64,000 nt of DNA from an uncultured Mycoplasmatota bacterium (GCA_947570175.1 CANOTJ010000001.1:64282-128281), one strand, 5' to 3'. Positions 10,615-21,457 are shown, counted from the stretch's first letter. The notes: a model not told the origin generated them from the letters alone. Program-made: numbers and translations.

Positions 10615-11427
10615 ATGGCTAGTAGGATGGAGCGCTATTACAAACGAACCAATTCTCGTTCCAAAAGAAGTGAGAGAAATCAAAGTTTGTACCGTGATAT
10701 TTATGATTCAGCATCTTATAGTAATATTGAGGGGATTGCAACAATCGAAAAGAGTAACGAAATTGATATTACAAAAGTCAAAAAGATGTTAAAAAACAGA
10801 GAAGAGTATCAACGACAAAAAGAGGTTAGTCGATTTATGCAAAAAAAGGAACCCGAGGTATATACAAAACCTTTGCAAACAGATGACTTAGATCATACTA
10901 GAAACTATGATATTCGTGATATTTTAGATAAAGCAAAAGATACAAAAAAAAGAGAGAATCCCTACCATAGTATGAATAATACTAGCTATGATATATTAAA
11001 AAAAATCAAAGATAAGAAAGATTTGTTTAAAGAAGAAGAAAATGAAGATGAATTGAAAGAGTTAATTAATACCATTACTAGTAATAGTATGGTGAATCAA
11101 TTAGATGATCGAGCCTTAAGCTTAGACTTATTAGATGATTTAAAGGCGAGCGAAGATGACACAATTATTGAAGGCAAAAGTTCTATAAGGAATATTTTAG
11201 ATGAAGTAAAACAAGAAGATCGAAAAAAATCGCTAGATTCTACTGCAGAAATGGATAAAACTTTTTTTACTTCAAGTTTAAACTTTGGAGAAGATGACTT
11301 TGAGCAAATTGCCAGTTTAAATAATAATTTAATGAAGAATAATGTGTTATTAAAAGTTTTAGTACTTGTTGTTCTAGTTGTTATAACGGCAGGAATTATA
11401 TTTTTAGTTTATCATTTTATAAAATAA
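10615..11427 (+). CDS. Hypothetical tail-anchored protein (basic N-terminus, acidic middle, C-terminal TM)
   Basis: 270 aa. C-terminal hydrophobic anchor 'VLLKVLVLVVLVVITAGIIFLVYHFIK'. Confidence 0.4.
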   Translation: MASRMERYYKRTNSRSKRSERNQSLYRDIYDSASYSNIEGIATIEKSNEIDITKVKKMLKNREEYQRQKEVSRFMQKKEPEVYTKPLQTDDLDHTRNYDIRDILDKAKDTKKRENPYHSMNNTSYDILKKIKDKKDLFKEEENEDELKELINTITSNSMVNQLDDRALSLDLLDDLKASEDDTIIEGKSSIRNILDEVKQEDRKKSLDSTAEMDKTFFTSSLNFGEDDFEQIASLNNNLMKNNVLLKVLVLVVLVVITAGIIFLVYHFIK

Positions 11428-11472
11428 TTAAAGAGTATCTATACAAAATAGACTAATAAAATAGTCTATAAA

Positions 11473-12585
11473 TTAGGTATTCTTTTTTTTCATAAATAAT
11501 GATTTTATAAATGTAAAAATAGGGATACCAAGTAAAATAATATAACAGTAAATTGGATAGGTTTTAATTAAGAAAGAATTAGCGGAGGTATTATCTGGAA
11601 AGATAAACAAACTAATTAAAAGAATTATAATAATGACAGTATTTAATATCCAATGATTTCTTTTTTTATCTTTTAATTGAAATATATGTGAAATACCTAC
11701 TTTGATAAAGTAGCAAATAAAGGTGATCATCATTAGTAAATCTAAAATCCATTGAATAGATAAAGTACTTTCTACTCTTTCAATAAATCCACCTAAACTG
11801 ACTCTTCTTAATATTTGAAATTCTGGATATTGATATAATAAAGTTAATTCTATTCCAAATATAGATAGAATACAGAAAACTATTAAGATAATTGTTAATT
11901 GAACTAGAAAATAGGCTAGAATCATATTTTTTGTAAAATGTTCGTGTTTTTCAAAGTTGGTTTTAGGAATACAGGTTATCATAAATAAGGGCAATACTAA
12001 GTATCCAATAGCAGCAAATAAAGATTTAAATGGGGAAATTATTCCATCTGCCATAATTGGGAAAATATTAGAAATTTGAATTTGTGGGATAAGGGCAATT
12101 GCTGTAATCGAGAAGAAAATAAAACTAAGGAAAAAAATAATGGTACTACTTCTTAAAATTACTTGGATTCCTTTTGATAATAGGTAGATAATGGGAATTG
12201 TAAATAAAATTGCAATAAAAGTTTGAGGAGTGTTGTATAGATGTTGGGAACTAATAAAATTTGTTAAGTTCCAAAAAAATATCATTGCATAGCTACTAAT
12301 AAATCCAATTAAAATGATATTGATTATTCGTCCTATTATTTTTCCAAATTGTGATTCTATTATTTCAAAGATATTTTGATTTGGAAATTTATTCATCAAG
12401 TGAATAGAGAGATAAAATGGAATAAATCCGATGATACTACTAAGGATAGGAACCATCCAACTATCTTCTCTACTAAAAATAAACATAGCATTGGTGGTTG
12501 CTCCAAGTAAAGAGCCATGACAAATGAAATAAAGAATAATCATTAATTGTGATAACTTTAGCTTTCCTCTAATATTAGTAATCAT
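11473..12585 (-). CDS. Spore germination protein, GerAB/GerKB family (APC-like permease subunit)
   Basis: 370-aa polytopic membrane protein, last gene of a minus-strand operon with GerAA and GerAC homologs. Confidence 0.8.
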   Translation of the reverse strand: MITNIRGKLKLSQLMIILYFICHGSLLGATTNAMFIFSREDSWMVPILSSIIGFIPFYLSIHLMNKFPNQNIFEIIESQFGKIIGRIINIILIGFISSYAMIFFWNLTNFISSQHLYNTPQTFIAILFTIPIIYLLSKGIQVILRSSTIIFFLSFIFFSITAIALIPQIQISNIFPIMADGIISPFKSLFAAIGYLVLPLFMITCIPKTNFEKHEHFTKNMILAYFLVQLTIILIVFCILSIFGIELTLLYQYPEFQILRRVSLGGFIERVESTLSIQWILDLLMMITFICYFIKVGISHIFQLKDKKRNHWILNTVIIIILLISLFIFPDNTSANSFLIKTYPIYCYIILLGIPIFTFIKSLFMKKKNT

Positions 12586-13762
12586 AAATACCTCCTATTA
12601 AACTTTTTTCAATGGATCCTTTGGTAGATAAATGAATTTCTGTTTTGATTTTGACATCTATATTTGGGAAAATATCCTCATTCCATTTTTTTTCTACTTT
12701 CTGGAAGTAAGTCGGATATTTTTTATAAAATAGATTCCCAAATCCAAAAATATCTGTTTTATATTTTTCCTGAGCAATTTTAATAGATTTTTTTATTTGT
12801 TTTTTTAGCGATTGTTTTGCTTTTTTTTCAATCTCCTGAATTACTTTTGTTTTTTCAATTTCCTTTTGACAAGTGATTTCTTGGATCGCCCCTTTTGCAC
12901 TTACATGAACTGTTACTTGAGGTTTGTTATCAACTAGTTTATTACTAATGTTTGTTTTCATATTTGATAAATTTACAACAATATAACCCTCTCCGCATTT
13001 ATAGGAAGTGATCATCTCTTCTACTTGATTGGATATAATATTAATTCCTCTACTTTCATCTTCCGTAGTATATCCCATTAATTTATCCTTTTTAAATATA
13101 GCAACGGTATCTAGTCTTGTTTTTGCATCAGGAGTAGACTGTTCTAGAATCTCATTTTTACTCCCTTTTTTTGCATTTCCTGTTATTGTAATGGTTGGCA
13201 AAACTGGTTCTTTCCCTTTTTTTAATAAATTCTCTACAAATTTACTATAAGTGATAGAAGTAGAAATAGCTTGTAAATCTTTAGAGGAAGCAATATTGGT
13301 TGCAATGCTCTGCCCTGGAAAGGATTCTAGTGGAGATAAAATTTCAATAATATCTTTAGCATCTTGATCTTTGGCTAAAATCAGATAAAATCTTTTGACT
13401 GATTCAGGATCTCGTATTAGAAAGTCTAATATATTTAGTAATCCATCTTTTGCAATCTCTTCTGAAACAATAACAACTCCTAAATGTCCTAAATAAGTAT
13501 CTTTGGGAATTTTTAAATTAATTCTTTTTAGAGCTCTAGAAATTGTATTTCCCTTCCCAGAATAAACAACCGTTTGGCTTTGTCCTTCCTTCGGACTTGT
13601 TTGACTGTTTTTTCCGTTTGCAATTAGCACACTCACTTGATATTCATCATCTACTTTATCAATTGCAAGAGCAGTACTAATGGCAAGTGTATTTAATTCC
13701 CTATAGTTCCAACATCCACAAGTGAAAAGAAATAATGGGAGTAGTAATAGTAGCTTTTTCAT
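12575..13762 (-). CDS. Spore germination protein, GerAC family (Ger(x)C lipoprotein)
   Basis: Signal peptide with lipobox 'LFTCGCWN'. Size about 395 aa. Sits between the A and B subunits. Confidence 0.8.
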   Translation of the reverse strand: MKKLLLLLPLFLFTCGCWNYRELNTLAISTALAIDKVDDEYQVSVLIANGKNSQTSPKEGQSQTVVYSGKGNTISRALKRINLKIPKDTYLGHLGVVIVSEEIAKDGLLNILDFLIRDPESVKRFYLILAKDQDAKDIIEILSPLESFPGQSIATNIASSKDLQAISTSITYSKFVENLLKKGKEPVLPTITITGNAKKGSKNEILEQSTPDAKTRLDTVAIFKKDKLMGYTTEDESRGINIISNQVEEMITSYKCGEGYIVVNLSNMKTNISNKLVDNKPQVTVHVSAKGAIQEITCQKEIEKTKVIQEIEKKAKQSLKKQIKKSIKIAQEKYKTDIFGFGNLFYKKYPTYFQKVEKKWNEDIFPNIDVKIKTEIHLSTKGSIEKSLIGGIYDY

Positions 13763-15225
13763 TATTTTCCTCCTAATCTTTTAAAGTTTTTAATATTTAA
13801 AAAGAAAGGTCTATATTTTTGTTTATCTTTGCTTTTTCGAATAATAGCATAGCTTTGGCTATTTTTATAAAAAGGTGAAATTGGAGACATGTATGGAATT
13901 CCTTGAATTTCTAGACTGCATAATTTTGTAATGAAAATGACACCTGCTACAATGAAACCAATTAAACCACAAATTGTTGAAAATAAAATGAAAATAAATC
14001 TCCAAAGTCTAGTAGCATTTACAAAATCGATATCTGTATATAAAAGTCCACAGATAGCGGTAATTGCCACAATGATTACAACGATAGGAGAAATGATTCC
14101 AGCGCTTACCGCAGCATCCCCTAATACTAAAGCCCCAACAATACTAATGGCTGATCCCATTGTACTAGGGATTCGGATATCACTTTCTCTTAATATCTCA
14201 AAAGTAACAATTAGCATGATTGTTTCAAATGCAGTTGGAAAAGGAACTCCTTCTCTTTGAATTGCAAGGGATATTAATAATTCGTTTGGAATCATTTGCT
14301 GATTAAAAGTAGTAATTGCTATATAAAATCCGGGGGTTACTATTGTTAAAATAAAAGCAATTACACGTAAAATTCTAGTGAAATTTACATTCGCAGATTT
14401 TTGATATTCATCTTCAGCTGCATGAAGAAAATCGACAAATAATCCAGGGGTAATTAAAACGAATGGTGAATTTTCTATTAAAATCACAATTTTTCCTTCT
14501 AACAAAGAAGAACATGCTAAATCTGGTCGTTCTGTACTTTTGAATTTTGGAAAAGCGGATTTTTGCTTTTTTAGAATAAATTCTCGAAGTTGACCGCCAT
14601 CCAAAATTCCGTCTACATCAATATTTTGTAATTTCTTTTTGATTTGGTTAATTTCTTTTGCTTCTACCACATCTTGTAAATAAGCAAGGGTAATCTTTGT
14701 TTTGGTTCTTCTACCAACAATTGTTTCATCAAACCATAGATTAGGATCTTTAATTCTTTTTCTAATTAATCCTAAATTTGTAGCATTATTTTCTGTAAAA
14801 CTATCTTTCGGACCACGAACAACTGATTCGCTACTAGCTTCTGTAACCCCTCGGTCTAATTGACTTTTTGTTTCAATGACAATTGCTTGTTTGCTATTTT
14901 CTATAAAGATTGCTGTATATCCACTTGCTAAGTAATAAAAAACATCTTCTAATTGATTAATCGTTGTTAGATGACTATTAAAAATAGTATTCTCTAATGA
15001 TTGTAATAAACTTTGAAATAAGGATGTTTTTTTATTTTTTACATAATAACTTAAATCTCGCATTAAAAAATCACTAATTTTGTCATCACTACTTACACTT
15101 TCTAAATAAATATATAATACTTCTTTATGATGAATTTTAATTTTTCTAGAAACAATATCACTACTTTTTCCATATTTTTGTTCAATTTGATTTAGTATTT
15201 CGTCTACATTCCTATTAATTTCCAT
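13762..15225 (-). CDS. Spore germination protein, GerAA/GerKA family
   Basis: 487 aa. Soluble N-domain followed by a 4-5 TM C-terminal region, the typical GerA_A architecture. First gene of the operon. Confidence 0.85.
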   Translation of the reverse strand: MEINRNVDEILNQIEQKYGKSSDIVSRKIKIHHKEVLYIYLESVSSDDKISDFLMRDLSYYVKNKKTSLFQSLLQSLENTIFNSHLTTINQLEDVFYYLASGYTAIFIENSKQAIVIETKSQLDRGVTEASSESVVRGPKDSFTENNATNLGLIRKRIKDPNLWFDETIVGRRTKTKITLAYLQDVVEAKEINQIKKKLQNIDVDGILDGGQLREFILKKQKSAFPKFKSTERPDLACSSLLEGKIVILIENSPFVLITPGLFVDFLHAAEDEYQKSANVNFTRILRVIAFILTIVTPGFYIAITTFNQQMIPNELLISLAIQREGVPFPTAFETIMLIVTFEILRESDIRIPSTMGSAISIVGALVLGDAAVSAGIISPIVVIIVAITAICGLLYTDIDFVNATRLWRFIFILFSTICGLIGFIVAGVIFITKLCSLEIQGIPYMSPISPFYKNSQSYAIIRKSKDKQKYRPFFLNIKNFKRLGGK

Positions 15226-15327
15226 AATAATCCCTCTATTTCCGTATTATTATTTCCAAAATTAGGGATTTTATAAATAATTTGAAATATATTTTTATTT
15301 CTTATATAATGAAAGTGGTGATGTAGT

Positions 15328-16554
15328 ATGAAATATGATGTAGAAATTACTTCTATTGATCATAGTGGTCGTGGAATTGCTAGGATTGATAATAAGATTG
15401 TTTTTATTCCAAAAACTGCAATTGGAGATATTTGTACAATTAAGATTACAAAAACAAAAAAGAATTATTTAGAAGCGGAGTTAATTGAATTAATAAAACC
15501 AAGTGTTAAGAGGAAAAAACCATACTGTCGATTTTTTGATCAATGTGGTGGCTGTGATTTAATGCATATGTCTTATCATGATCAATTACGTTATAAAGAA
15601 GAAACTGTGAAAAACATTATTACAAGATATACAAAATTGAATAAGAAAAAGATAAAAAGTATTATTCCTTTTGATGATCCGTATTTTTACCGAAATAAAG
15701 TGAATTTTAAAGTACGCAAAAAAATCGGACTTTATCAAAAAAAGAGTTATGATATTGTAGAGGTTGATCGTTGTATTATAGCAGATACTTATATTAATAA
15801 ATTGTTGCAATTAATTCGTGAAACAATCGATCTTTCTTATGTGAAAGAAATTACGATTCGTTCGAGTTTAAATCGTAATGATGTAATGGTTATTTTTCAT
15901 ATTACAAAAAAAATAAATGTAGACTCATTAAAAAAAGAAGTGAAATCAATTATTTTCTTCGATGGAAAAGATTATGAAGTCGAGTATGGAAATAATTATA
16001 TTATTGATACAATCGGTATTTATCAGTTTATGATTTCTCCAACTTCTTTTTTTCAAGTAAATACAAAACAAGCTCAAGTATTATATGACCAAGTTATAGA
16101 TTATGTAAATCCTAAAAAAAATGACATTGTATTAGATTTATATTGTGGAACTGGAACAATCGGAATTTATCTAAGTAGCCAAGTAAAAAAAGTGATTGGA
16201 ATTGAAATTAATAAGGAAGCCATCAAGGATGCTAATAAGAACAAGGAGTTAAATCACGCAGATAATGTTGAATTTTTATGCGGGGATGTATCTAAGTTGA
16301 TTCATCGTTTTCATACAGAGGTTGATATTGTAATTGTAGATCCTCCTAGGGCGGGATTAGATGATGAGGGAATTCAAAACATTAAAAGAATTCAAGCTGA
16401 ACGTCTTGTATATGTTTCCTGTGATCCTATTACTTTAGCACGTGATTTGGAGAAGTTAGGGGATACATATGAAGTGGAAGAAATTACACCAGTAGATATG
16501 TTTTGTCATACATATCATGTGGAGTGTTGTACGTTGCTTAGTCTAAAGAAATAA
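15328..16554 (+). CDS. 23S rRNA (uracil-C5)-methyltransferase, RumA/RlmD family
   Basis: N-terminal TRAM domain. Fe-S cysteines 'CRFFDQCGGCDLMHM'. SAM-MTase motif 'LDLYCGTGTIG'. C-terminal catalytic Cys 'YVSCDP'. Confidence 0.85.
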   Translation: MKYDVEITSIDHSGRGIARIDNKIVFIPKTAIGDICTIKITKTKKNYLEAELIELIKPSVKRKKPYCRFFDQCGGCDLMHMSYHDQLRYKEETVKNIITRYTKLNKKKIKSIIPFDDPYFYRNKVNFKVRKKIGLYQKKSYDIVEVDRCIIADTYINKLLQLIRETIDLSYVKEITIRSSLNRNDVMVIFHITKKINVDSLKKEVKSIIFFDGKDYEVEYGNNYIIDTIGIYQFMISPTSFFQVNTKQAQVLYDQVIDYVNPKKNDIVLDLYCGTGTIGIYLSSQVKKVIGIEINKEAIKDANKNKELNHADNVEFLCGDVSKLIHRFHTEVDIVIVDPPRAGLDDEGIQNIKRIQAERLVYVSCDPITLARDLEKLGDTYEVEEITPVDMFCHTYHVECCTLLSLKK

Positions 16555-16660
16555 GCAAAACCTTAGTAAAATAAAAAATTTAAAGAGATTTTAAAATAAT
16601 AAAAAAATTAAGATTTAATATTTATGTAAAGGATAAAATATATTGTTAAAAAATTAAACT

Positions 16661-16695
16661 AAATATACACAGTTGTTTGACTTCTGTGTATATTT
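16661..16695. promoter_or_regulatory. 12-bp inverted repeat upstream of the AbiE-like TA pair (candidate operator)
   Basis: 'aaatatacacag' ... 'ctgtgtatattt' separated by 'ttgtttgacttc', located 27 nt upstream of the 16722 start. Confidence 0.3.
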
Positions 16696-16721
16696 AATTT
16701 AAAATTAATTTAGGTGATATT

Positions 16722-17264
16722 ATGTTATATTTTCATAAAGAGTTAAAAGAAAAGTTAAAATCAGATTATCAGATAAAAAAAGCAATTTTAAATAAAGATT
16801 ACTTTAAAATTGCTAAAGGTTTATATTCAGATGTAGAATTTGTAAATCCTTTAAAGATAATATTAAAAAAATATCCTAATGCAATATTCACATCCGATAG
16901 TGCCTATTACTATTATGATTTAACAGATGTTATACCTGACTATTTTTATTTAGCAACTAAAAGATCAGATAGTAGAATTAATGATAAAAATATTAAACAA
17001 GTATTCATACCTAATGACTTATTTGAGTTTGGTAAAACACAAATTGAAGTAGAAAATGTTAAAATTAATATTTATGATGAAGAAAGAATGTTAGTAGAAC
17101 TAATTAGAAAAAAGAATATAATTCCATTTGATTATTATAAAGAAATAATTGCTAATTATAGAAAGAAAACCGATAAACTTGATATTTATAAAATTGGGGA
17201 ATATATATCTTATTATAAAAATGAGTCATCTTTATATGATACTTTAATGCGTGAGGTGTTTTGA
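16722..17264 (+). CDS. Putative type IV TA antitoxin (AbiEi-like)
   Basis: 180-aa ORF overlapping (ATGA) the start of the downstream AbiEii-like nucleotidyltransferase. The assignment rests on pairing and size, not a clear motif. Confidence 0.35.
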   Translation: MLYFHKELKEKLKSDYQIKKAILNKDYFKIAKGLYSDVEFVNPLKIILKKYPNAIFTSDSAYYYYDLTDVIPDYFYLATKRSDSRINDKNIKQVFIPNDLFEFGKTQIEVENVKINIYDEERMLVELIRKKNIIPFDYYKEIIANYRKKTDKLDIYKIGEYISYYKNESSLYDTLMREVF

Positions 17265-18085
17265 TGAATTTAGAAAACTTACGAAGAAAATATCTTGATA
17301 ACGGATTTTCGCTTGCTAATGCTTCAGCAAAAATATGTCAAGATATTATATTAAATAAAATATCTAAAAGTAAGATGAATAAAAATGTAACAATCAAAGG
17401 TGGAGTTGTTATGTATGGTTTATCTAATGATAAAAGGCGTGCAACAAGAGATTTGGATTTAGATTTTATAAAATATTCACTTGCTGATGAATCAATTAAA
17501 GCATTTATAGATACGTTAAATTTAGTAAATGATGGTATTAAAGTTTATATAATTGGAGATATACAAGAATTGCATCACCAAGATTATAAAGGAAAAAGAG
17601 TTAATGTTGTATTAAGAGATGAAAATAATTTTAGTGTTTCTGCTAAACTAGATATAGGTGTCCATAAGAACTTTGATATTAAACAAGATGAATATTGTTT
17701 TAATCTAGAGGCACTTAATGAAAGAGCAATACTCATTATTAATTCAAAAGAGCAAATTATCTGTGAAAAATTAAAATCATTATTAAAATTTGGTATAAGA
17801 ACTACTAGATATAAAGACATATTTGATATATATTATTTAATTATAAATGCCAATATAAAAAGAGATGAAATATTACGAATCTTAAATTTGATAATTATTA
17901 ATGATAATACTATGAGAGAAGTAGATATTGAAGACATTGTTAGAAATACAGAAACTATTTTAAATAATGATATATTTAAAAGGAATTTATTGGATGCAAA
18001 AAATAACTGGTTGGGTATTTCTGTTTCTGAAGTTATGGATAGCATACTTAGATTTTTAAATGATTTATCTGTTATATCCGTTTAA
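17261..18085 (+). CDS. Nucleotidyltransferase toxin, AbiEii/AbiGii (DUF1814) family
   Basis: N-terminal 'KGGVVMYGLS...RATRDLDLDF' (NTase GG / DxD motifs). C-terminal 'TTRYKDIFDIYYLI' motif. Confidence 0.6.
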   Translation: MMNLENLRRKYLDNGFSLANASAKICQDIILNKISKSKMNKNVTIKGGVVMYGLSNDKRRATRDLDLDFIKYSLADESIKAFIDTLNLVNDGIKVYIIGDIQELHHQDYKGKRVNVVLRDENNFSVSAKLDIGVHKNFDIKQDEYCFNLEALNERAILIINSKEQIICEKLKSLLKFGIRTTRYKDIFDIYYLIINANIKRDEILRILNLIIINDNTMREVDIEDIVRNTETILNNDIFKRNLLDAKNNWLGISVSEVMDSILRFLNDLSVISV

Positions 18086-18201
18086 TAAAAAAACAATCAT
18101 TTGACTTGTTTACTATCAACAATGTGGTTGGATGTTGGTAGAGTAGTTGACTTGTTTTATTTGAAAAACAATATTAAGGTTGGGATGCAACTTTAAAGAG
18201 T

Positions 18202-18822
18202 TTGCCGCTAGAAAGAGAAGAAGTAATAAAAATAATAAGTGAAAAATTAAGTATAGATTTAGATGATGGAATAGACTTTAAAATAGAAAATGTTAAAGAT
18301 ATAAGACAAGAAAGTGAATATGGTGGATTCAAGATAAATATACTAGCTAAGTTATCAACATTAAAAGTGTATCTAGCAATAGAACTAACAACAGGCGATA
18401 AGATAACGCCAAGAGAAATAGAATATAATTACAACAGTCATTTTTCAGATAAAAAAACTCCAATACTTGCTTATACGCTTGAGACAGTCATAGCAGAGAA
18501 ATATCAGACAATAATTGATAGAGATGTTTATAATACTAGAATGAAAGATCTTTATGTTTTAATTAAAGAGAATGTCGAAAAAATAGATTTTAAAAACTTG
18601 GCTATGGCAATTAAAAACACATGCAAAAATCGAGAAACAGAGTTAAATACAGAAGAAATTAGAGAACAATTAAGCAATATGAAAACAAGTGAACAACTGA
18701 TAAGATTATGGGAAAAATATCAAATTAATGCACCATATTCTAGTAATATCTCTTTTGACAATTTATTTGATTCATTAGATTACATAACCAATATATTAGA
18801 TAATGAAGTTATAACTATATAA
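18202..18822 (+). pseudogene. Truncated AbiEii-like fragment (C-terminal domain only)
   Basis: Carries the C-terminal 'AEKYQTIIDRDVYNTRMKDLYVLI' motif but lacks the N-terminal NTase GG/DxD motifs. Flanked by direct repeats 'ttgacttgtt' (18101-18110 and 18147-18156). Confidence 0.4.
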
Positions 18823-19046
18823 TAATAAATGACTTTTCCTTTATTAAATGGTAAAATTTTATTTGGTTTTAGATATACTAAAATAAAATAATATGATTGA
18901 CCATAGGCCTATTATAATTTTAATTTATAATGAATGATAATGATATCAACTGAAATCATTTCCAATTTTACTATTCACTTATATGTAACATCTATGTGTG
19001 TGAATTGATACATAGAATAATGAAATAGCGAAAAAAGGTGGAAATA

Positions 19047-19073
19047 ATGGAGTGGTTAAAGATGATGTTTTGA
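19047..19073 (+). other. 8-codon upstream ORF (MEWLKMMF) preceding the GNAT gene
   Basis: RBS AAAGGTGG at 19034-19041, ATG 19047, stop TGA 19071-19073. It lies 21 nt upstream of the GNAT start. Confidence 0.25.
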
Positions 19074-19094
19074 AAATATGCGAGGTAAGACAAT

Positions 19095-19670
19095 ATGTTA
19101 GAATTAAGAAAGATAGATTTAAAAGAATTTAAAAAAGATATTTATAATGATTATCGTTTATTATTTCCTAAAAACGAGAGGAAAAGTTACAGAATTTTAA
19201 AATATATTAGTAAGCAAAATATATTAAAAATATATAAAATAGAGGAAGATAGAAACTATGTTGGTTTTATGATTTTTAATAGCATAGAAGGAAGTAACCT
19301 ATTACTGTTTGATTATTTTGCAATAAAACCTGAATATCAAAATATGGGATATGGGAATAAAGCGGTCGCCTTGCTTAAAGAAGTTATGAACAATTATAGT
19401 TGTATTTATGGTGAAGTAGAAAAATTAGGGTTAGGAGGTAATTTAGAGGAGAATTATATAAGAGAAAAAAGAATGAGATTCTATAAAAATTTGGGCTTTT
19501 ATAAATTGAAATATGATTTAAAATTATATGGAGTAATATATACTCCGATATGTTTAAACTTAAATGGGAAATTATCTGATGAAGAAATACTAGATGGTGC
19601 TTTTAAAATTTATAATACTATTTTTGGAAAAAGGAGCGTTAGAAAGAATTGTAAAATCATAATGAAATAA
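19095..19670 (+). CDS. GNAT family N-acetyltransferase
   Basis: Motif A 'FAIKPEYQNMGYGNKAVALL'. Motif B 'RFYKNLGF'. 191 aa. Confidence 0.7.
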   Translation: MLELRKIDLKEFKKDIYNDYRLLFPKNERKSYRILKYISKQNILKIYKIEEDRNYVGFMIFNSIEGSNLLLFDYFAIKPEYQNMGYGNKAVALLKEVMNNYSCIYGEVEKLGLGGNLEENYIREKRMRFYKNLGFYKLKYDLKLYGVIYTPICLNLNGKLSDEEILDGAFKIYNTIFGKRSVRKNCKIIMK

Positions 19671-19864
19671 GACATATAAAATAAATTGACTGTTTTTAAT
19701 ATTATGGTAAGGTTTGTTTGGAGGAGCTATATAAGTCAAAACTATCGTTTATCGTAAAGATTATTTAAAAACTTTTAATCTCTGATAAAAAATCCTAAAA
19801 GTTTTTGAATAAACTTTTTTTTTTTGAAATTTTAGTTTATACTATTATTAGTTGAAGGATAGGG

Positions 19865-21457
19865 ATGAATATCATGATTTTTAGAAAACCATTTGCTTTT
19901 TTTATAAAACATTTTAAACTGATCCATCTTATTTTAACAATATGTGCAATATTCTTAATTATAAAGACGAATCATATGTTAAGTTTTTATTTGGAATATA
20001 TGGAATTAATAAATTTAGGATCAAGCACTACTATTTCTATTGATTTATTTAGCCCAATATTGTTAGTTTGTATTGTTGTTATGATTTTTGGTAGTCTTCT
20101 GATTGCTACCATTATGAGAAATAAAAAGAAGCCAATTATGTTTTATGTTGTAAATATGATTATTTATGTTTTTTTGGCAAGCGTTTATATGTTTTCCTAC
20201 AGTACAATAGAAAATTTAGATATGGGACTAGTTGGTATTCGAACCCTAAAACTATTACAAGACTTTTTGGTAATTTCCATGATGGTACAAGTACTAAGTG
20301 TTATTATTTTAATGATTCGTACCTTAGGGTTTGATATTAAAAAATTTGATTTTGAAAGAGATTTAGAAGAATTACAAATTACTTCTGAAGATAGTGAGGA
20401 AGTCGAAATTAACTTAGAATTTGATTTTGATAAATTAAAAAGAGATATTAGAAAAAGTATTCGGCATTTTAAATATGTTTATGTGGAGAATAAAACAACA
20501 ATTAATATTGTTGCACTTATACTGACTGTAATTATTGGGATTGTTGTATATCTACATGTTGGTGTTTATAATCGTATTTATCATGAAAATCAATTTTTTA
20601 AAGTAACCAATTATCAAATGGGCGTGAGGGAGTCTTATCTTGTAAATACGAATAATCAAAAAGAGATAATTTCAAATAATACTATTTTTGTCATTATCAA
20701 TACTCAAATTCAATCCTATTTTGATACAGAAATAAAGTTTCAAAGTGCAAGAGTATCCCTAAAAATAAAAGATCACTTATTCCATCATCAAAAGCAATAT
20801 AAAGGATATTTTGATGATTTGGGAATTGTTTATGAAAATCAAAAAATTGGAAATGAAAAAAAGAATTATTTATTAGTATTTGAAATTCCAAAGGAATATC
20901 AAAATGAAAAAATGATATTGAAATATTCAGATTATAATAATAAAGAAATTAATATTACCCCTCATCCTAATCGTTTTTTGGATACCAAGTTATATAATTA
21001 TCATTTAGGAGATAAAATTGAGTTTAAAGATAGTATTTTAGGAAATTCTACATTACAAATTACAGAGACACTAATTCAAGATCAATTTAAAAACGAGTAC
21101 GAATTTTGTGTAACTAAATCAGAATGTATACCTTCCTATGAGTATTTAACCCCAACTTATACAGGAAACGGTGAAAAGGCTTTGCTAAGAATAAAGGGAA
21201 CTGTTTCTATAGATGAAAATAATCGAAATGAAAATCTAGAGGATTTATATGATTTTATGAAAATTTATTCTAAAATGATTTATATAATTCAGGGAGAAGA
21301 AAAAGAAATGCATATAAATTGGAAACAGGTAAAAGCTAAAAAGAAGAAGGAAGAAAATACATATTACATTGAAGTGCCTAAAGAATTAAAGGATGCTGAA
21401 AAAATTTATATTGATTTTATGGTTCGAGATAAAGAATATAAATATGCTGTTAAATAG
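19865..21457 (+). CDS. Membrane protein with N-terminal polytopic region and ~300-aa extracytoplasmic domain (hypothetical, first gene of Tad/T4SS cluster)
   Basis: 530 aa. Several hydrophobic helices in the first ~230 residues. Confidence 0.5.
   Translation: MNIMIFRKPFAFFIKHFKLIHLILTICAIFLIIKTNHMLSFYLEYMELINLGSSTTISIDLFSPILLVCIVVMIFGSLLIATIMRNKKKPIMFYVVNMIIYVFLASVYMFSYSTIENLDMGLVGIRTLKLLQDFLVISMMVQVLSVIILMIRTLGFDIKKFDFERDLEELQITSEDSEEVEINLEFDFDKLKRDIRKSIRHFKYVYVENKTTINIVALILTVIIGIVVYLHVGVYNRIYHENQFFKVTNYQMGVRESYLVNTNNQKEIISNNTIFVIINTQIQSYFDTEIKFQSARVSLKIKDHLFHHQKQYKGYFDDLGIVYENQKIGNEKKNYLLVFEIPKEYQNEKMILKYSDYNNKEINITPHPNRFLDTKLYNYHLGDKIEFKDSILGNSTLQITETLIQDQFKNEYEFCVTKSECIPSYEYLTPTYTGNGEKALLRIKGTVSIDENNRNENLEDLYDFMKIYSKMIYIIQGEEKEMHINWKQVKAKKKKEENTYYIEVPKELKDAEKIYIDFMVRDKEYKYAVK

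Noticed and set aside
10409-10792. 127-aa plus-strand ORF overlapping the ferredoxin gene
   Set aside because: It is antisense to a well-supported ferredoxin CDS (Cys motifs, RBS) and has no RBS or motif. A real gene (10615-11427) occupies another frame downstream.
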